A stretch of 63,398 nucleotides of DNA, filler included, from Octopus bimaculoides (GCF_001194135.2; 8 parts of 7 records of this genome joined end to end with filler, not necessarily neighbours in it), one strand, 5' to 3'; positions 36,201 through 48,949 are shown, counted from the first letter of the whole stretch. Notes: generated by a model not told the origin, from the sequence alone. A program made the numbers and translations.

Positions 36201-37977
36201 AAACACGCACTCATACAATAATTCGTTTAGAAAAGACAAAAGAAAATTGCAGCAAAGCTGTGTGATGGTGGTGACAGACGTGGTGTGCAAGTCCATCATA
36301 TAACTTGACATTGCATTCTAATTCTTCTCTTCAGTTTTATTCTTCTATTTCACGAATTCAGTGCGCGCATTTACTCTTCTTTTTCTAGTTCCTACTCAAA
36401 ACTGTTTTGGGATCATAACCATCCCACGAACTTCGACGGTTCTGGAATAATTGACGAGATTAGGATATTATTGCATCTTCATATGTAGGAGTGGTCTCCC
36501 TTGTACGACTTCCTTAACCGAGCAACAGGTGCCACACCTATAAATTGTGGTCTCCTGGAATGACAAGGAAGCTGATCAGGTTCTTGATGATGTTCACCGT
36601 GGTACATAATAACTCGTGATGCTTGATACATTCCATCCATTCCGGTGTTCCTTTTGATGTGCGGACTATATTACCTGGATAGCACTCTAGTGGATTATAA
36701 ACTCTTTGAATTCGATCCGGCACTGAGTAAGGCAAGTAACACTCAAATTATGAGTCTCTGTAAATGATAGGGAAATGGAATATTCGGCGGAAGTCTAGTT
36801 TAAACTCTCCATATAACTCGTCATAACATTCTCCATTTTCTCTGGGCATTCTTACACATGTGTGCTCTCACCACAGAATTTGTTGCCTCGTAACTGTCAG
36901 AAAAAAATGGATATTTTTTAACGAAAGGTTCCACAAATATACTTCAGATGGCATAGATGCTGATTACATCTGAATTTATTATATATAAAAAAAAAATTTT
37001 CCGGAAAATTTATTATACAAAATTTATAATAAAAAAAAATTTCGCCAAATTCAAACGAAATAGCTTTCTTTACTGGTAATTTTCAGAAAAAAAAAAAAAA
37101 AAAAAANNNNNNNNNNNNNNNNNNNNNNNNNNNNNNNNNNNNNNNNNNNNNNNNNNNNNNNNNNNNNNNNNNNNNNNNNNNNNNNNNNNNNNNNNNNNNN
37201 NNNNNNNNNNNNNNNNNNNNNNNNNNNNNNNNNNNNNNNNNNNNNNNNNNNNNNNNNNNNNNNNNNNNNNNNNNNNNNNNNNNNNNNNNNNNNNNNNNNN
37301 NNNNNNNNNNNNNNNNNNNNNNNNNNNNNNNNNNNNNNNNNNNNNNNNNNNNNNNNNNNNNNNNNNNNNNNNNNNNNNNNNNNNNNNNNNNNNNNNNNNN
37401 NNNNNNNNNNNNNNNNNNNNNNNNNNNNNNNNNNNNNNNNNNNNNNNNNNNNNNNNNNNNNNNNNNNNNNNNNNNNNNNNNNNNNNNNNNNNNNNNNNNN
37501 NNNNNNNNNNNNNNNNNNNNNNNNNNNNNNNNNNNNNNNNNNNNNNNNNNNNNNNNNNNNNNNNNNNNNNNNNNNNNNNNNNNNNNNNNNNNNNNNNNNN
37601 NNNNNNNNNNNNNNNNNNNNNNNNNNNNNNNNNNNNNNNNNNNNNNNNNNNNNNNNNNNNNNNNNNNNNNNNNNNNNNNNNNNNNNNNNNNNNNNNNNNN
37701 NNNNNNNNNNNNNNNNNNNNNNNNNNNNNNNNNNNNNNNNNNNNNNNNNNNNNNNNNNNNNNNNNNNNNNNNNNNNNNNNNNNNNNNNNNNNNNNNNNNN
37801 NNNNNNNNNNNNNNNNNNNNNNNNNNNNNNNNNNNNNNNNNNNNNNNNNNNNNNNNNNNNNNNNNNNNNNNNNNNNNNNNNNNNNNNNNNNNNNNNNNNN
37901 NNNNNNNNNNNNNNNNNNNNNNNTCTCAGTAAAATAAAAAATAGCTAACTTGTACTTTTACTATTCACATAATTTAT

Positions 37978-38820
37978 CATCATCAGCATCATCATCGTCG
38001 TTTAACGTCCGCTTTCCATGCTAGCATGGGTTGGACGATTTGACTGAGGGGTACTATTCAAGAAGTGTGGTCCCGGTACTCGCGCATCCGCACTAGCTAA
38101 TCGATCCTACAACGACTATCTAGCGCGAATGCGCAAAACATGTATGAGGGTTTTTTTTTTAAATGAATCATTTTTTTAAAAACAAAGTAAATAAAACACA
38201 AAGTAAATCATTTTTTTTTTTTTTTAATCTTCTCCATCTTACTCTTAAAACGTTGTTTTACGTTCTTCTAGGGTGTATTTTGGTGTCACATCTATTTCAG
38301 TACGACGCACTCCAATAATCAGAATATATAGTCGTCCCTGGTTTGATAAATTTCTTAATAAGTGGTAGAAGAGTTTCAGAAGAACGGTCAGGTACAAACA
38401 CTAAAAACCTATTTTTATCCTCTCTGTCCCATCCTCCGTTGAATTTGCACATCATAGATTCCATCTATTTCTACGATGTGCCCAAGTCCACCAATTTGGT
38501 AGGGGTTACGCAAAAGATAATTACTTGTACTGATACCATTCAACAACAGTAGATTTTGAAAGACTGACTTTTTAATGGACTCGTTACCAAAAACACGTAG
38601 TGTATAATTTATTTACTTTGTTTAGAAAAACCCCTCATACATGTTTTGCGCATGACGCGCACTCGTTCTAGATAGTCGTAGGATCGACTGGTCACGACTA
38701 GGTAGCGCGGATGCGCGCACCGGGACCACTCTTCTTGAATAGTACCCCCTTCCTAATGCCAACCACTCCAAGAGTGTAGTGGGTGCTCTTACATGCCACC
38801 GGCACGAGGGCCAGTCTGGT
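37978..38820 (-). mobile_element. SINE D copy interrupted by a Merlin insertion
   Basis: The D tail at 37978-38047 and D body at 38749-38820 flank the Merlin element; roughly 65-70 bp of the SINE is missing at the junction. Confidence 0.7.
38048..38748 (-). mobile_element. Merlin (IS1016/ISXO2-like DDE) transposon, internally deleted, with long TIRs
   Basis: ~110-bp imperfect TIRs (GGGGTACTATTCAAGAAG... / ...CTTCTTGAATAGTACCCC). Minus-strand remnants LSKSTVVEWY, QIGGLGHIVEID and FLVFVPDRSSETLLPLIKKFIKPGTTIYSDYWSA. Confidence 0.9.
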
Positions 38821-38869
38821 GTGTGTGTGTGTTTCTATATGAAAAGAAACATACAAACGGTAAAAATAT

Positions 38870-39116
38870 ATGGATCTTTCTGATTTGACGCGGAACACTT
38901 TTCATTTATTTTTCATGTAGTGTTTTTGGTACCGAAACACTTTCAAACTTCGTATACTTGTATATTTTGGGATCTTTCTGAATTGACGCGGAACACTTTT
39001 CATTTATGTTTTATGTAGTGTTTTTGGTACCGAAACACTTTCAAACTTCGTATACTTGTATATTTTGGGATCTTTCTGAATTGACGCGGAACACTTTTCA
39101 TTTATGTTTTATGTAG
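38870..39116 (+). repeat. 98-bp tandem repeat (at least 2.5 copies, runs into a gap)
   Basis: ggatctttctga at 38872, 38970 and 39068; the units are nearly identical. Confidence 0.92.
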
Positions 39117-39557
39117 NNNNNNNNNNNNNNNNNNNNNNNNNNNNNNNNNNNNNNNNNNNNTTAATTAATTAANNNNNNNNNNNNNNNNNNNNNNNNNNNN
39201 NNNNNNNNNNNNNNNNTGTATATATAATATAAATGGAACAAAAACGCAATAGAGGTCAATGAAACATTCGGACAGATAGTCGAAACAAAGGCGGACAAGA
39301 GAAACAATTAGAAGGACAGGAAAAAAAAAATACGGGTCATTCGTGGCCTTCTTTCCTCAGTCAAGTACCAGAAGTCCCGACCGTTTCGGGCAATTACACT
39401 TGAGACGGTTCGAAGCAAAGACAATCGCATACGATCGAAAACATTCGCTGCACAGGTAAAAGTATGCCTGATGTATAATTTAGTGCCTCTAATTAGGGTA
39501 AGATATATTTTCAAACGAAACTGTTGAATGTTCTTTTTTTTTTAATGAATGCGTTTC

Positions 39558-39768
39558 AAATATTGGCATAAGGCCGGAAATTTGGTGGAGTGGTGATTAA
39601 TCGATTACATCGACCCAAAAACTCAACTGGTACCTATTTTATCAAGCCTGAAAGAACAAAAAGCAAAGTAGACCTCGGCGGAATTTGAACTCAGAACATA
39701 ATGACGGACGAAAAGCCGCTAAGTATTTCGCCCGGCATGCTAGGGATTCGGCCACCTCACCGTCTTAA
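39558..39768 (-). mobile_element. SINE family A
   Basis: Reverse complement of the family A head and core. Confidence 0.8.
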
Positions 39769-40874
39769 ATGTGTTTCGAATATTAAGACTATCTGTCCAG
39801 CCATTGTTGTCATAGAAACCGAGCTAATAATTTCGAATTTACCTATTGAATATAATCCTTTCTACTATAGACACAAGGTCTGAAATTGTTTGGGAGGGGA
39901 CTAGTCGACTGGAGCATGCAAACGGTAATGGTCGTGCCTATAATAATTGGTGCGTTGGGAATAGTAAACCAAAATATAGACAAATGGCTGAAGGAGATTG
40001 GAATAGAATGACCGGTAAAGCTCCGACAGAAAGTTTGTTTCTTGGGGACAGCTAGGATTATTAGGAGGGTTCTAAGCACTTGAAAGACAGCTGAAAACTT
40101 GTGGATACTTAAGGTTACTGGTAGTAACCCGCTATCCATATAAATACTACAAGGAATAAATCCGAGACTGAGCCAAACCAAAACAATGATTTCTTTATTA
40201 GCCACACAAGGGCCGAACACAAAACAAATAGGGACAATACGACACATGGGGCAATTGTGGTCTGGTACAATGTCGAGTATACAATATGTTATGCAAAGCT
40301 CCGAGTATACAATAAATAACAATAACAATTAACAATATAATTAAACAAACTCCGAGTATATAATAAATAACAAAAACAATTAACAATTATCAATACAATT
40401 AAGAATACAATTAAACAATAAACATTCCCAAAAGGAGGTGGAGTTCCTCATAGGGACAACCGAAGAACTCCACACGTCCTGATTACCCCGACCGCCAGGT
40501 GCTCCTCGGCAGGCGGCCCTCCACCTCCTCAACTCATCCCGTTTTAGTATGATCATCCTTTGCAATCATAATACATCAGCAAGAGAATTTGAGAAGCTCA
40601 GAAAATATAAAGATTTGCTCAATGAAATGGGGGAAAATGTGGCGTCACAAGGCGATTACAACACTACTGATTGTAGGAACAGAAGGAACGAGAGAAAAAA
40701 AAAAAAAAATGGAACAGAAAATTATTTGAGAATGATTCCTGGCTTACCATTCCTGCACGAAGTGCAAACGGTTCTTTTAAATGATACGTCACACATATTA
40801 AGAAGAACATTGTCGTTGTGAGAACGATTATCACCCGTGTACGTTTGTTTTCTTATTTTCTAACTTTATTTGAG

Positions 40875-41030
40875 TTTGTGAGTGGCTGTGTGGTAAGTAG
40901 CTTGCTTACCAACCACATGGTTCCGGGTTCATTCCCCCTGCGTAGCACCTTGGGCAACTGTCTTCTACTTTAGCATCGGGCCGATGAGTGGATCTGGTAG
41001 ACGGAAACTGAAAGAAGCCCGTCGTATATA
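40875..41030 (+). mobile_element. SINE family C
   Basis: gtggctgtgtggtaagtagcttgc...gaaactgaaagaagcccgtcgtata. Confidence 0.85.
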
Positions 41031-41589
41031 AGGTTCATGAACTCATCGATGAAAATCCACTGTCACATATAGAAAAATTAATAAGTAAAAGCACAGTAAA
41101 TAAGTATAACATAATACGAAGTAAATATCATAAGATAAAGATAATAAAACGACTACACGTGTTTCATNNNNNNNNNNNNNNNNNNNNNNNNNNNNNNNNN
41201 NNNNNNNNNNNNNNNNNNNNNNNNNNNNNNNNNNNNNNNNNNNNNNNNNNNNNNNNNNNNNNNNNNNATGGTTCTGGGTTCAGTCCCACTGCATGGCACC
41301 TTGGGCAAGCATCTTCTGCTATAATAGATGAAAGCAGGTCAATAAAAAGAGACTAAGAGAATAAGTTCAAGAAAAAAAAAGTACCTGACCATACTTCCAA
41401 AATTTTTTGATAAATTTGGGGATTTCAGCATGTAGTTCCTATGTGATACCTTCTGTTGTTTTACCTGAAGTTATTTGCTAATATATATAATCAGCAAATT
41501 TACCTATATAGTGAAGAGGATTTGAAAATGCAGAGGTCTTTTAAAGATGTTTATTGACTTGACCAGTTTCACTTATAAAAAAAAAAATC

Positions 41590-41900
41590 ATTTTACTCTT
41601 TTACTCGTTTCAGTCATTTGACTGTGGCCATGCTGGAGCATCACCTTTAGTGGAGCAAATCGACCCCAGGACTTATTCTTTGTAAGCCTAGTACTTATTC
41701 TATCGATCTCTTTTGCCGAACCACTAATTTACGGGGACGTAAACACACCAGCATCGGTTGTCAAGCGATGCTGGAGGAGGGCGACAAACACAGACACACA
41801 AACACACATACATATATATATACATATATACGACGGGCTTCTTTCAGTTTCCGTCTACCAAATACACTCACAAGGCTTTGGTTGGCCCGAGGCTATAATN
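41590..41900 (-). mobile_element. Composite C-microsatellite-B SINE
   Basis: B module, internal (CA)/(TA) tract and part of the C module, ending at a gap. Confidence 0.85.
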
Positions 41901-41999
41901 NNNNNNNNNNNNNNNNNNNNNNNNNNNNNNNNNNNNNNNNNNNTTAATTAATTAANNNNNNNNNNNNNNNNNNNNNNNNNNNNNNNNNNNNNNNNNNNN

Positions 42000-42036
42000 T
42001 CTTCTTCTTCTTCTTCTTCTTCTTCTTCTTCTTCTT

Positions 42037-42103
<67 letters not shown>
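42000..42103. repeat. (TTC)n(TTA)n microsatellite
   Basis: Directly visible. Confidence 0.95.
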
Positions 42104-42107
<4 letters not shown>

Positions 42108-44850
42108 TTTGTCTATTATGAAAGACTCTCGGATAGTTCTTAATTACCAGTTATTCTTTACTTGAAAGCAGGCAATAACAAATCACCAAGAAGTAGTGCC
42201 TTCTCCTGTACTCTTCTTAGAATGCGAGCTGTACCCAACAATGCTGTCTTCTGGATCACTTCGAGCCTGACAGCAGCTCTAGTATTCTTAATATGTTTTT
42301 CAAAGCCCTTGGAAACTATTCCTAATGCTTCAGTTATCACCGGTATCACCATTACTTTCCTCATTCCCCATAACTTTCCTATCTCGTCCCGCAGTGGCTG
42401 GTATTTCTCAATCTTTTCTGTTTCCTTACCTCCTACCCTCGATTCGCTTGGTATTGCAGCATCTATTATCTTTACTTCTTTTTCATCTTTATGGATGAGC
42501 ACAATATCAGGTCGTCTCGCCTCTATGACTTGATCGCACTGCATGATAAAATTCCAGAGTATATTGTAATGTTCGTTTTCCATTACTCCCTCTGGCTTGT
42601 GTTCATATCATTGCTCGGCTCTTGCGAGGTTTGCTTTACCGCACAACAGCCTATGGACATATCTGACCACATTGTCGTGTCTCCTTTTATATTCGCGTTG
42701 TGCGAGCTTACAGCACTCACTAACAATATGGCTTATACTTTCTCCCTTCTCAGAGCACATCCTACAAGGTGGCATTTAGAGAAGTTTGTTCTGAGAGCTT
42801 GTTCTTGAGTGCTGCACAGTAATGCCTCAGTGGACCCTTTTAAGTCTCCTTTCTGCAGTCATTGCAGGTTCTATTCCAATCGAACGCATCTTTATTCTTC
42901 ACAAACTGACTGTGCATTTTCTTGACCTGCCAAATTTTCTTCATCTGCTCTCTCTGGTCTTATTTAAATTGTCTACGGCTTTTAAGGTTCCCTGCATTTT
43001 CACTACTTCAATCATTTCTTCTTTACTCCCTTTGATATACCAAGCCAGGCTATTCCCTTACACAACCTTCACAACACTCTAATCCCCATCCTCCTTCTTT
43101 CCACTATACATACATTCTTGACACATCACTCTTGGGGTGTAGTTCCTTGTTCATTGTCATTAATTTACGTGTTTTCTGGTCTGTCTCTTGTAATTCATGC
43201 TTCTTCCAAGATACTATTCCTGCCCCATATCTCATCAAAGCAACAGCCCATGTGTTAATCATTCTAATCTTACAGCGGCCATTTAGCTTCGATTGGAGCA
43301 CAAGCCGCGTTCTCCTCAAATACTTTTTCCTAAACATTTCTTTTACCTTGTGTTCATTCATCTTATCTCTTTCAATGATACCCAGGCACTTATATCCTTC
43401 CTCTCCGACTTCCTTTATAGTTTCACCACTATCCAGCTTGATCCCATGGGTTTTACTGACCCCCCCCCCTTTTGAGAATCATTACACCAAATTTCTTGAT
43501 TCCAAATTCCATGCCAATATCTTTGATAATCATCTCCACAGTTGCCGTCAAACTCTCAATTTCTTTCCAGTCTTAGCGAATAGGTCATCCATACACCATA
43601 GGTTGTTAACTTTCACCCTGCCTAGCATGTACCCCACACGCATCTTTCTTTAAAAGCTCGTTAGTGGCAGTTTGCAGACAACAAATAGGAGAGGCGACAG
43701 ACTGTCCCCTTGAAAGATTCTTTCGATATTTACCTTTCCCAGCTTATCTCCCCAAGCTGTGAGTTCAGTTCGCCACGTAGTCATTGAGTTTTATATCAAC
43801 TTCAGGATATTGTGGGAGACCTTAAGTAGTTTAAGGCATTCAATAATCCACGAATGTGAGACCATGTCATATGCTTTCCTGTAGTCCAAATCTTTGTGTT
43901 TCTTCTTGCAATCAGCCAGAATAGTTTTTCGATTAGTAATTGACCCTTCGTTCCTCTTATCTTACGTCTACATCCTTTTTGTTCCACTGGTAGCAGGTCG
44001 TTCTCATCTGGGTACTTATAGATGCTGTTTGATATAATGCCCGTCATCAGTTTCCACATCAGTGGCAAACGAGATATTAGTCGGAAGTTTCCAACCACAT
44101 TCCCTTTACTTGGGTTCTTCTGGCACAGTACCACTCTTTCTTTTGTCATCCAGGCCAGTACTTGGATGTCACTACTCAGTATTTCGTCCATCTGTCTTGC
44201 ACTTATCCCGCGCAGAGCTGTCAAGCTTTTAAGCCAAAAGCCCTGAACCCTCTCTGGGCCAAGCACTTTCCAGTTAGGAATTTTCGTGCACTGATCTCTG
44301 ATCATCTCCTCGGTTATTCTCAAATCTTCCTGTTGATACTCTCCATTCTTCTCTTTGAGTGTCTTTAACCACTCTGCTTCAGCTTCGTGTTATTTCTCTT
44401 GAGACCATATGTTTGACCAAAATGTTTTGCTTTCTTCAGCACCCGGCACGACCTTTTCACCTTTTTCTTTCCTATCCAATTCCTGATAGACTCGTTTCAA
44501 ATTTCGTTCGAAAAGTCTGTTTAATCTGTACTGCTCAATTCTCTTCGTATCTCTTTAAGCTTATGTGCTTTAGCTTTCAACCACGGTTTTAATTCCCCAA
44601 TCACAACCCTGATTCCCTTTCTCTTCACCCTATACTTCCTCTCTAGCTCAACGTATTTCTCTCGCTGAACTTCATTTCTCTTTTTCCGTTCCAGTATGTT
44701 AATATGCTTTCTGGTTTCGTTAATAGACTGCGTTATTCTTTTCTACCATGGTTCCTTCAGACTATGTTGACATTTACCTTTGGCTTTCAAACCTAACTTC
44801 TGGGTTATAAATATCGAGATTGTATTTATCAGATTGTTGGTGTCTGTGTT

Positions 44851-44851
<1 letters not shown>
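42104..44851 (-). mobile_element. R4/Dong-like LINE (RT plus restriction-like endonuclease), 5'-truncated, flanked by (TAA)n on both sides
   Basis: NWKVLGPERVQGFWLKSLT, GNFRLISRLPLMWKLMTGII, EQKGCRRKIRGTKGQL, INTWAVALMRYGAG, HPKSDVSRMY, ILWNF.MQCDQVIEARRPDIVL..K..KEVKIIDAAIP and EK.EKYQPL. Confidence 0.93.

Positions 44852-44915
<64 letters not shown>
44852..44915. repeat. (TTA)n microsatellite
   Basis: Directly visible. Confidence 0.95.
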
Positions 44916-45671
44916 NNNNNNNNNNNNNNNNNNNNNNNNNNNNNNNNNNNNNNNNNNNNNNNNNNNNNNNNNNNNNNNNNNNNNNNNNNNNNNNNNNNNN
45001 NNNNNNNNNNNNNNNNNNNNNNNNNNNNNNNNNNNNNNNNNNNNNNNNNNNNNNNNNNNNNNNNNNNNNNNNNNNNNNNNNNNNNNNNNNNNNNNNNNNN
45101 NNNNNNNNNNNNNNNNNNNNNNNNNNNNNNNNNNNNNNNNNNNNNNNNNNNNNNNNNNNNNNNNNNNNNNNNNNNNNNNNNNNNNNNNNNNNNNNNNNNN
45201 NNNNNNNNNNNNNNNNNNNNNNNNNNNNNNNNNNNNNNNNNNNNNNNNNNNNNNNNNNNNNNNNNNNNNNNNNNNNNNNNNNNNNNNNNNNNNNNNNNNN
45301 NNNNNNNNNNNNNNNNNNNNNNNNNNNNNNNNNNNNNNNNNNNNNNNNNNNNNNNNNNNNNNNNNNNNNNNNNNNNNNNNNNNNNNNNNNNNNNNNNNNN
45401 NNNNNNNNNNNNNNNNNNNNNNNNNNNNNNNNNNNNNNNNNNNNNNNNNNNNNNNNNNNNNNNNNNNNNNNNNNNNNNNNNNNNNNNNNNNNNNNNNNNN
45501 NNNNNNNNNNNNNNNNNNNNNNNNNNNNNNNNNNNNNNNNNNNNNNNNNNNNNNNNNNNNNNNNNNNNNNNNNNNNNNNNNNNNNNNNNNNNNNNNNNNN
45601 NNNNNNNNNNNNNNNNNNNNNNNNNNNNNNNNNNNNNNNNNNNNNNNNNNNNNNNNNNNNNNNNNNNNNNN

Positions 45672-46270
45672 GTGGAGTTATGTCCAACTGCTGTTGTTAC
45701 GTGTGGTACGGATCCGTCTGCCGGCCGAATCTGTTGTGATGATTGCCCCGCCGCCCTCCTTTAATCGGGCAGCAGGACAATTTTCCTTTGTCTAGTGGCT
45801 GTGGCGAAGGAGGTTGTTAGGTGGACAAGGCTGAAAGGCATGAGGACAGATACATTCCTCTTTGGGTAGAGCTCGTACTGACTTCAAGTTTCACTTGAAA
45901 AGGAAATTGAGTGTGGAGAGGGAAGTGCTGTCCTCGAATGAGTTTATTGAAAGGTGGGTGAAAGTTGCGAAAATGGCAAAAGCTGGATGGTACCTCTCTA
46001 AGTGTAGACCTATAAGTCGGAGAGAAGGAAGTGGAGAGGGCATTTGCTCTTGGTGTCCAGGGAAATCACAGACAGTGGGGTTTCTCAATTATCCCTAGAT
46101 GTCCTTTTATATCAAGAGGGTTACATCTATATCATCCTCCCCGCCAACCTTTTCTTTAACCTTTGTATGCTATGTATGTGTCCCTTCTCTTTCAGTGTAT
46201 ACCGCGTATGCTTACTTTCTTCTCTTTTTTTTTTTTACCATTTCATTATATGTAAATCCCCACACTTTAT
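45672..46270 (+). mobile_element. L1/Tx1-clade LINE 3' end (ORF2 C-terminus plus pyrimidine-rich 3' UTR)
   Basis: VAVAKEVVRWTRLKG and FKFHLKRKLSVEREVLSSNEFIERWVKVAKMA are typical of Tx1/L1 ORF2 C-termini. Confidence 0.65.
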
Positions 46271-46299
46271 GTCTGTCTTTGTATTGTCCACCTCATCTT

Positions 46300-46765
46300 T
46301 CGCCTGGCAGAATCGTCAGCACGCTGGACGAAATGTTTAGCGGTATTTCGCCCATCGCTACGTTCTGAGTTCAAATTCCGCCGAAGTTGAGTTTGCCTTT
46401 CATCTTTTCGGGGTCGATAAATTAAGTACCAGTTGAACACTGGGTCGATGAAATCGACTTATCTCCTCCACATACGCACACACCAAAAAATTGCTGCCCT
46501 TGTGGAAAAATTCGAAACCATTATCATCATTATTATGAAAGCAGTGAGCTAGCAGAATCGTTAGCACACTGGACGAAATGCTTAGCGCTATTTCGCCCGT
46601 CGCTACGTTTTGGGTTCAAATTCCGCCAAGGTCGACTTTGCCTTTCATCCTTTCGAGGTCGTTAAATTAAGTACCAGTTGAGTATTGGGGTATCGACCCC
46701 AATACTCAACTGGTGAGTATTCGACTCATCCCCTCCTCCCCCGAAACTGCTGATCTTGTGCTAAA

Positions 46766-46810
<45 letters not shown>
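46300..46810 (+). mobile_element. Two head-to-tail SINE A copies ending in (TTA)n
   Basis: Heads at ~46305 and ~46545; (TTA)n at ~46765-46810. Confidence 0.85.
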
Positions 46811-47330
46811 ACAGTGGAACAATACAAGCGTCTATATAAAGAAGTATTTGTTTTGTTTATTTGTACGTTTAGTCTTGTGCAATGATTGTCAAACGTCTTC
46901 TGTCTATGCCCACTCCTCCTATCTCTAAGCATTACTACTAGTGTTTCCACCACCCTACCCATCTACAGTATTCCCAAAAGAATGAATATTTTCAAAACAT
47001 TACAGAAGATAAGAAAAACAAGAAATTTCAGACGAATGACAATAAATTCACAGCTCGAAGGAATGCATTTATTAATAAGGCCGCTTAAGCTATTGCAACG
47101 CCCACTGAGGGGTGGTATTGTTAACGCCTAGCCCTGGAATTAATGGTCTTCATATGTTGTGTGCTATGTGTTTAATGCGAGTGAACATTAGCTGAAGAAA
47201 ATTGGTGTTATTGATTAGGATGTGTAGTGTGGTAGACAAAAATACTTGAAATTTTAAATATGTTCCGAGTTCAAGTCCGGTCGAAGTCGAAACTGACTAT
47301 GATCTTTCAATGGTTAATAATATGTGTGTA

Positions 47331-47367
<37 letters not shown>

Positions 47368-48119
47368 GCGTTTGTATGCTCGCGTCTTATATGTATTCAC
47401 ATTTGTTTTAGTCATTGGACAGTGGCCATACTGGGTCACTGCCCTGAACTTAATTCCATTGGACTCTTGAAGAGGGGTATGTTGAATGCATCGCAACAAA
47501 AACTGATTAAATAAAGCTTTTATATGTAACTTAAGGAATATTTTCAATCCAAAGTTATTAACGTTTGAAGTTACACAACGTATTTATAAATACTCTGTGT
47601 TTTTCAAAAACTCTGTGTGTGTGTGTGTGTATTGTTCAGTGAGGGTTCGGGACAAATTATCAAAGAATCAGGCTCGAGTTCATGAGAATGTGGGTTCAAT
47701 TCTAGGACGGGATGGTGCTTCTATTCACGATGTTCCAGTTTATTCAGCTGGAATAAGCACCACTCAAGTATCAGCACAGCTCTCTCTCCCTCCTACTATG
47801 ACATTATGGATATTCCCGTCAACAGTGGGACGGCCAAGAAAGTATTTATATCTGCTCCACACTACATTGGCTTCTAGTCAGTTGCCAATGGCGACTGCAT
47901 TTTTCTTTCTTTTTTTTTTCAGTAGAAAATTCTTGACGTTTACAAGAGATCAACAGTTCGCTTTAATCTTCTGTCTATCCGTCATTTAGTGTTTGCAACA
48001 AAAACATGTCGAGATCATTGCCACTAATATAAATACAGTCCCCTCCCACTCTCTTTCTTCGTTCCTCCCCCTCTCTCACTTGAGTTATAGTCTCCTTTTT
48101 ATCATGTTACACTCATTGG

Positions 48120-48293
48120 ATTGTAACCATACAAGGATCACCGCCATGAAAATTTTAGTCGAACTGACCCCAGTACTTATTCTTTTTAAATTCGGCACTT
48201 ATTCTATTGGACTCTTTGCCGAACCTCTAATATATGGGGACGTAAGCAAACAAGCACCGGCTGTCGAGCGGTGTGGGACAAATACAAATTCAA

Positions 48294-48324
<31 letters not shown>

Positions 48325-48480
48325 GGTGCGCGCGCACACACACACACACGCACACACGACGAGCTTGCACACAGTGTCATTTTGCGAAACTCGTACTTAG
48401 GACATTTGCTCAAGGTGTTACACAGTGGAACTGAACCCGAAACCACATGATTACGAAGCGAACTTTTTAACCACACTGAT
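48120..48480 (-). mobile_element. Degenerate composite C-microsatellite-B SINE
   Basis: B module, internal (GCAC)n(CA)n tract and C head. Confidence 0.75.
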
Positions 48481-48949
48481 AAGCCTGTTTCTATATTAGT
48501 AAAAGGCTTTTACAATTTAATGTATTTGAACTGCTTCTTTTTATTTTTTCTATACATTTGCAATCTTTCTTTCTTGCGAGAATTCAAAAAATGTTTGTGA
48601 AGACGTCATTCTATTTAGCTGGGCTTCCAGCAAACCGTGGACCGGTGTTAATGTTTGTAAGTAGGGCCAGTTTTAAGCCAATTATGTTTCTTAAAATCGA
48701 GCTCCGCACCAAGAGAGAACTCCGCGCACTCACTCGAGTGGGGGACACTATGATGAATTAAACATTTCCTATTGATTTTATTGCTTTGAGGATTTACTTA
48801 ACAATACTCGCAACAATCACATCAAGTGAAATAAGTTTTTCAAAACTAAAACTGATTAAAGTATACGTACGGTCAACAATTTCACAAAAGTGACTAAATA
48901 ATTTGGTGATGCAATCTATAGAAAATGACATTACAAAAGCCATTGACTT

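Noticed and set aside
39340-39400. Minus-strand GAAACGGTC...CTGAGGA resembling a permuted hammerhead
   Set aside because: Stems I and II cannot be formed.
40549-40625. NTSAREFEKLRKYKDLLNEMG fragment
   Set aside because: A tiny R4/Dong endonuclease remnant with no independent significance.
48581-48657. Plus-strand exon candidate ending at a gtaagt donor (also an acceptor-like site near 46871)
   Set aside because: Weak acceptor, no homology, and no consistent gene model.
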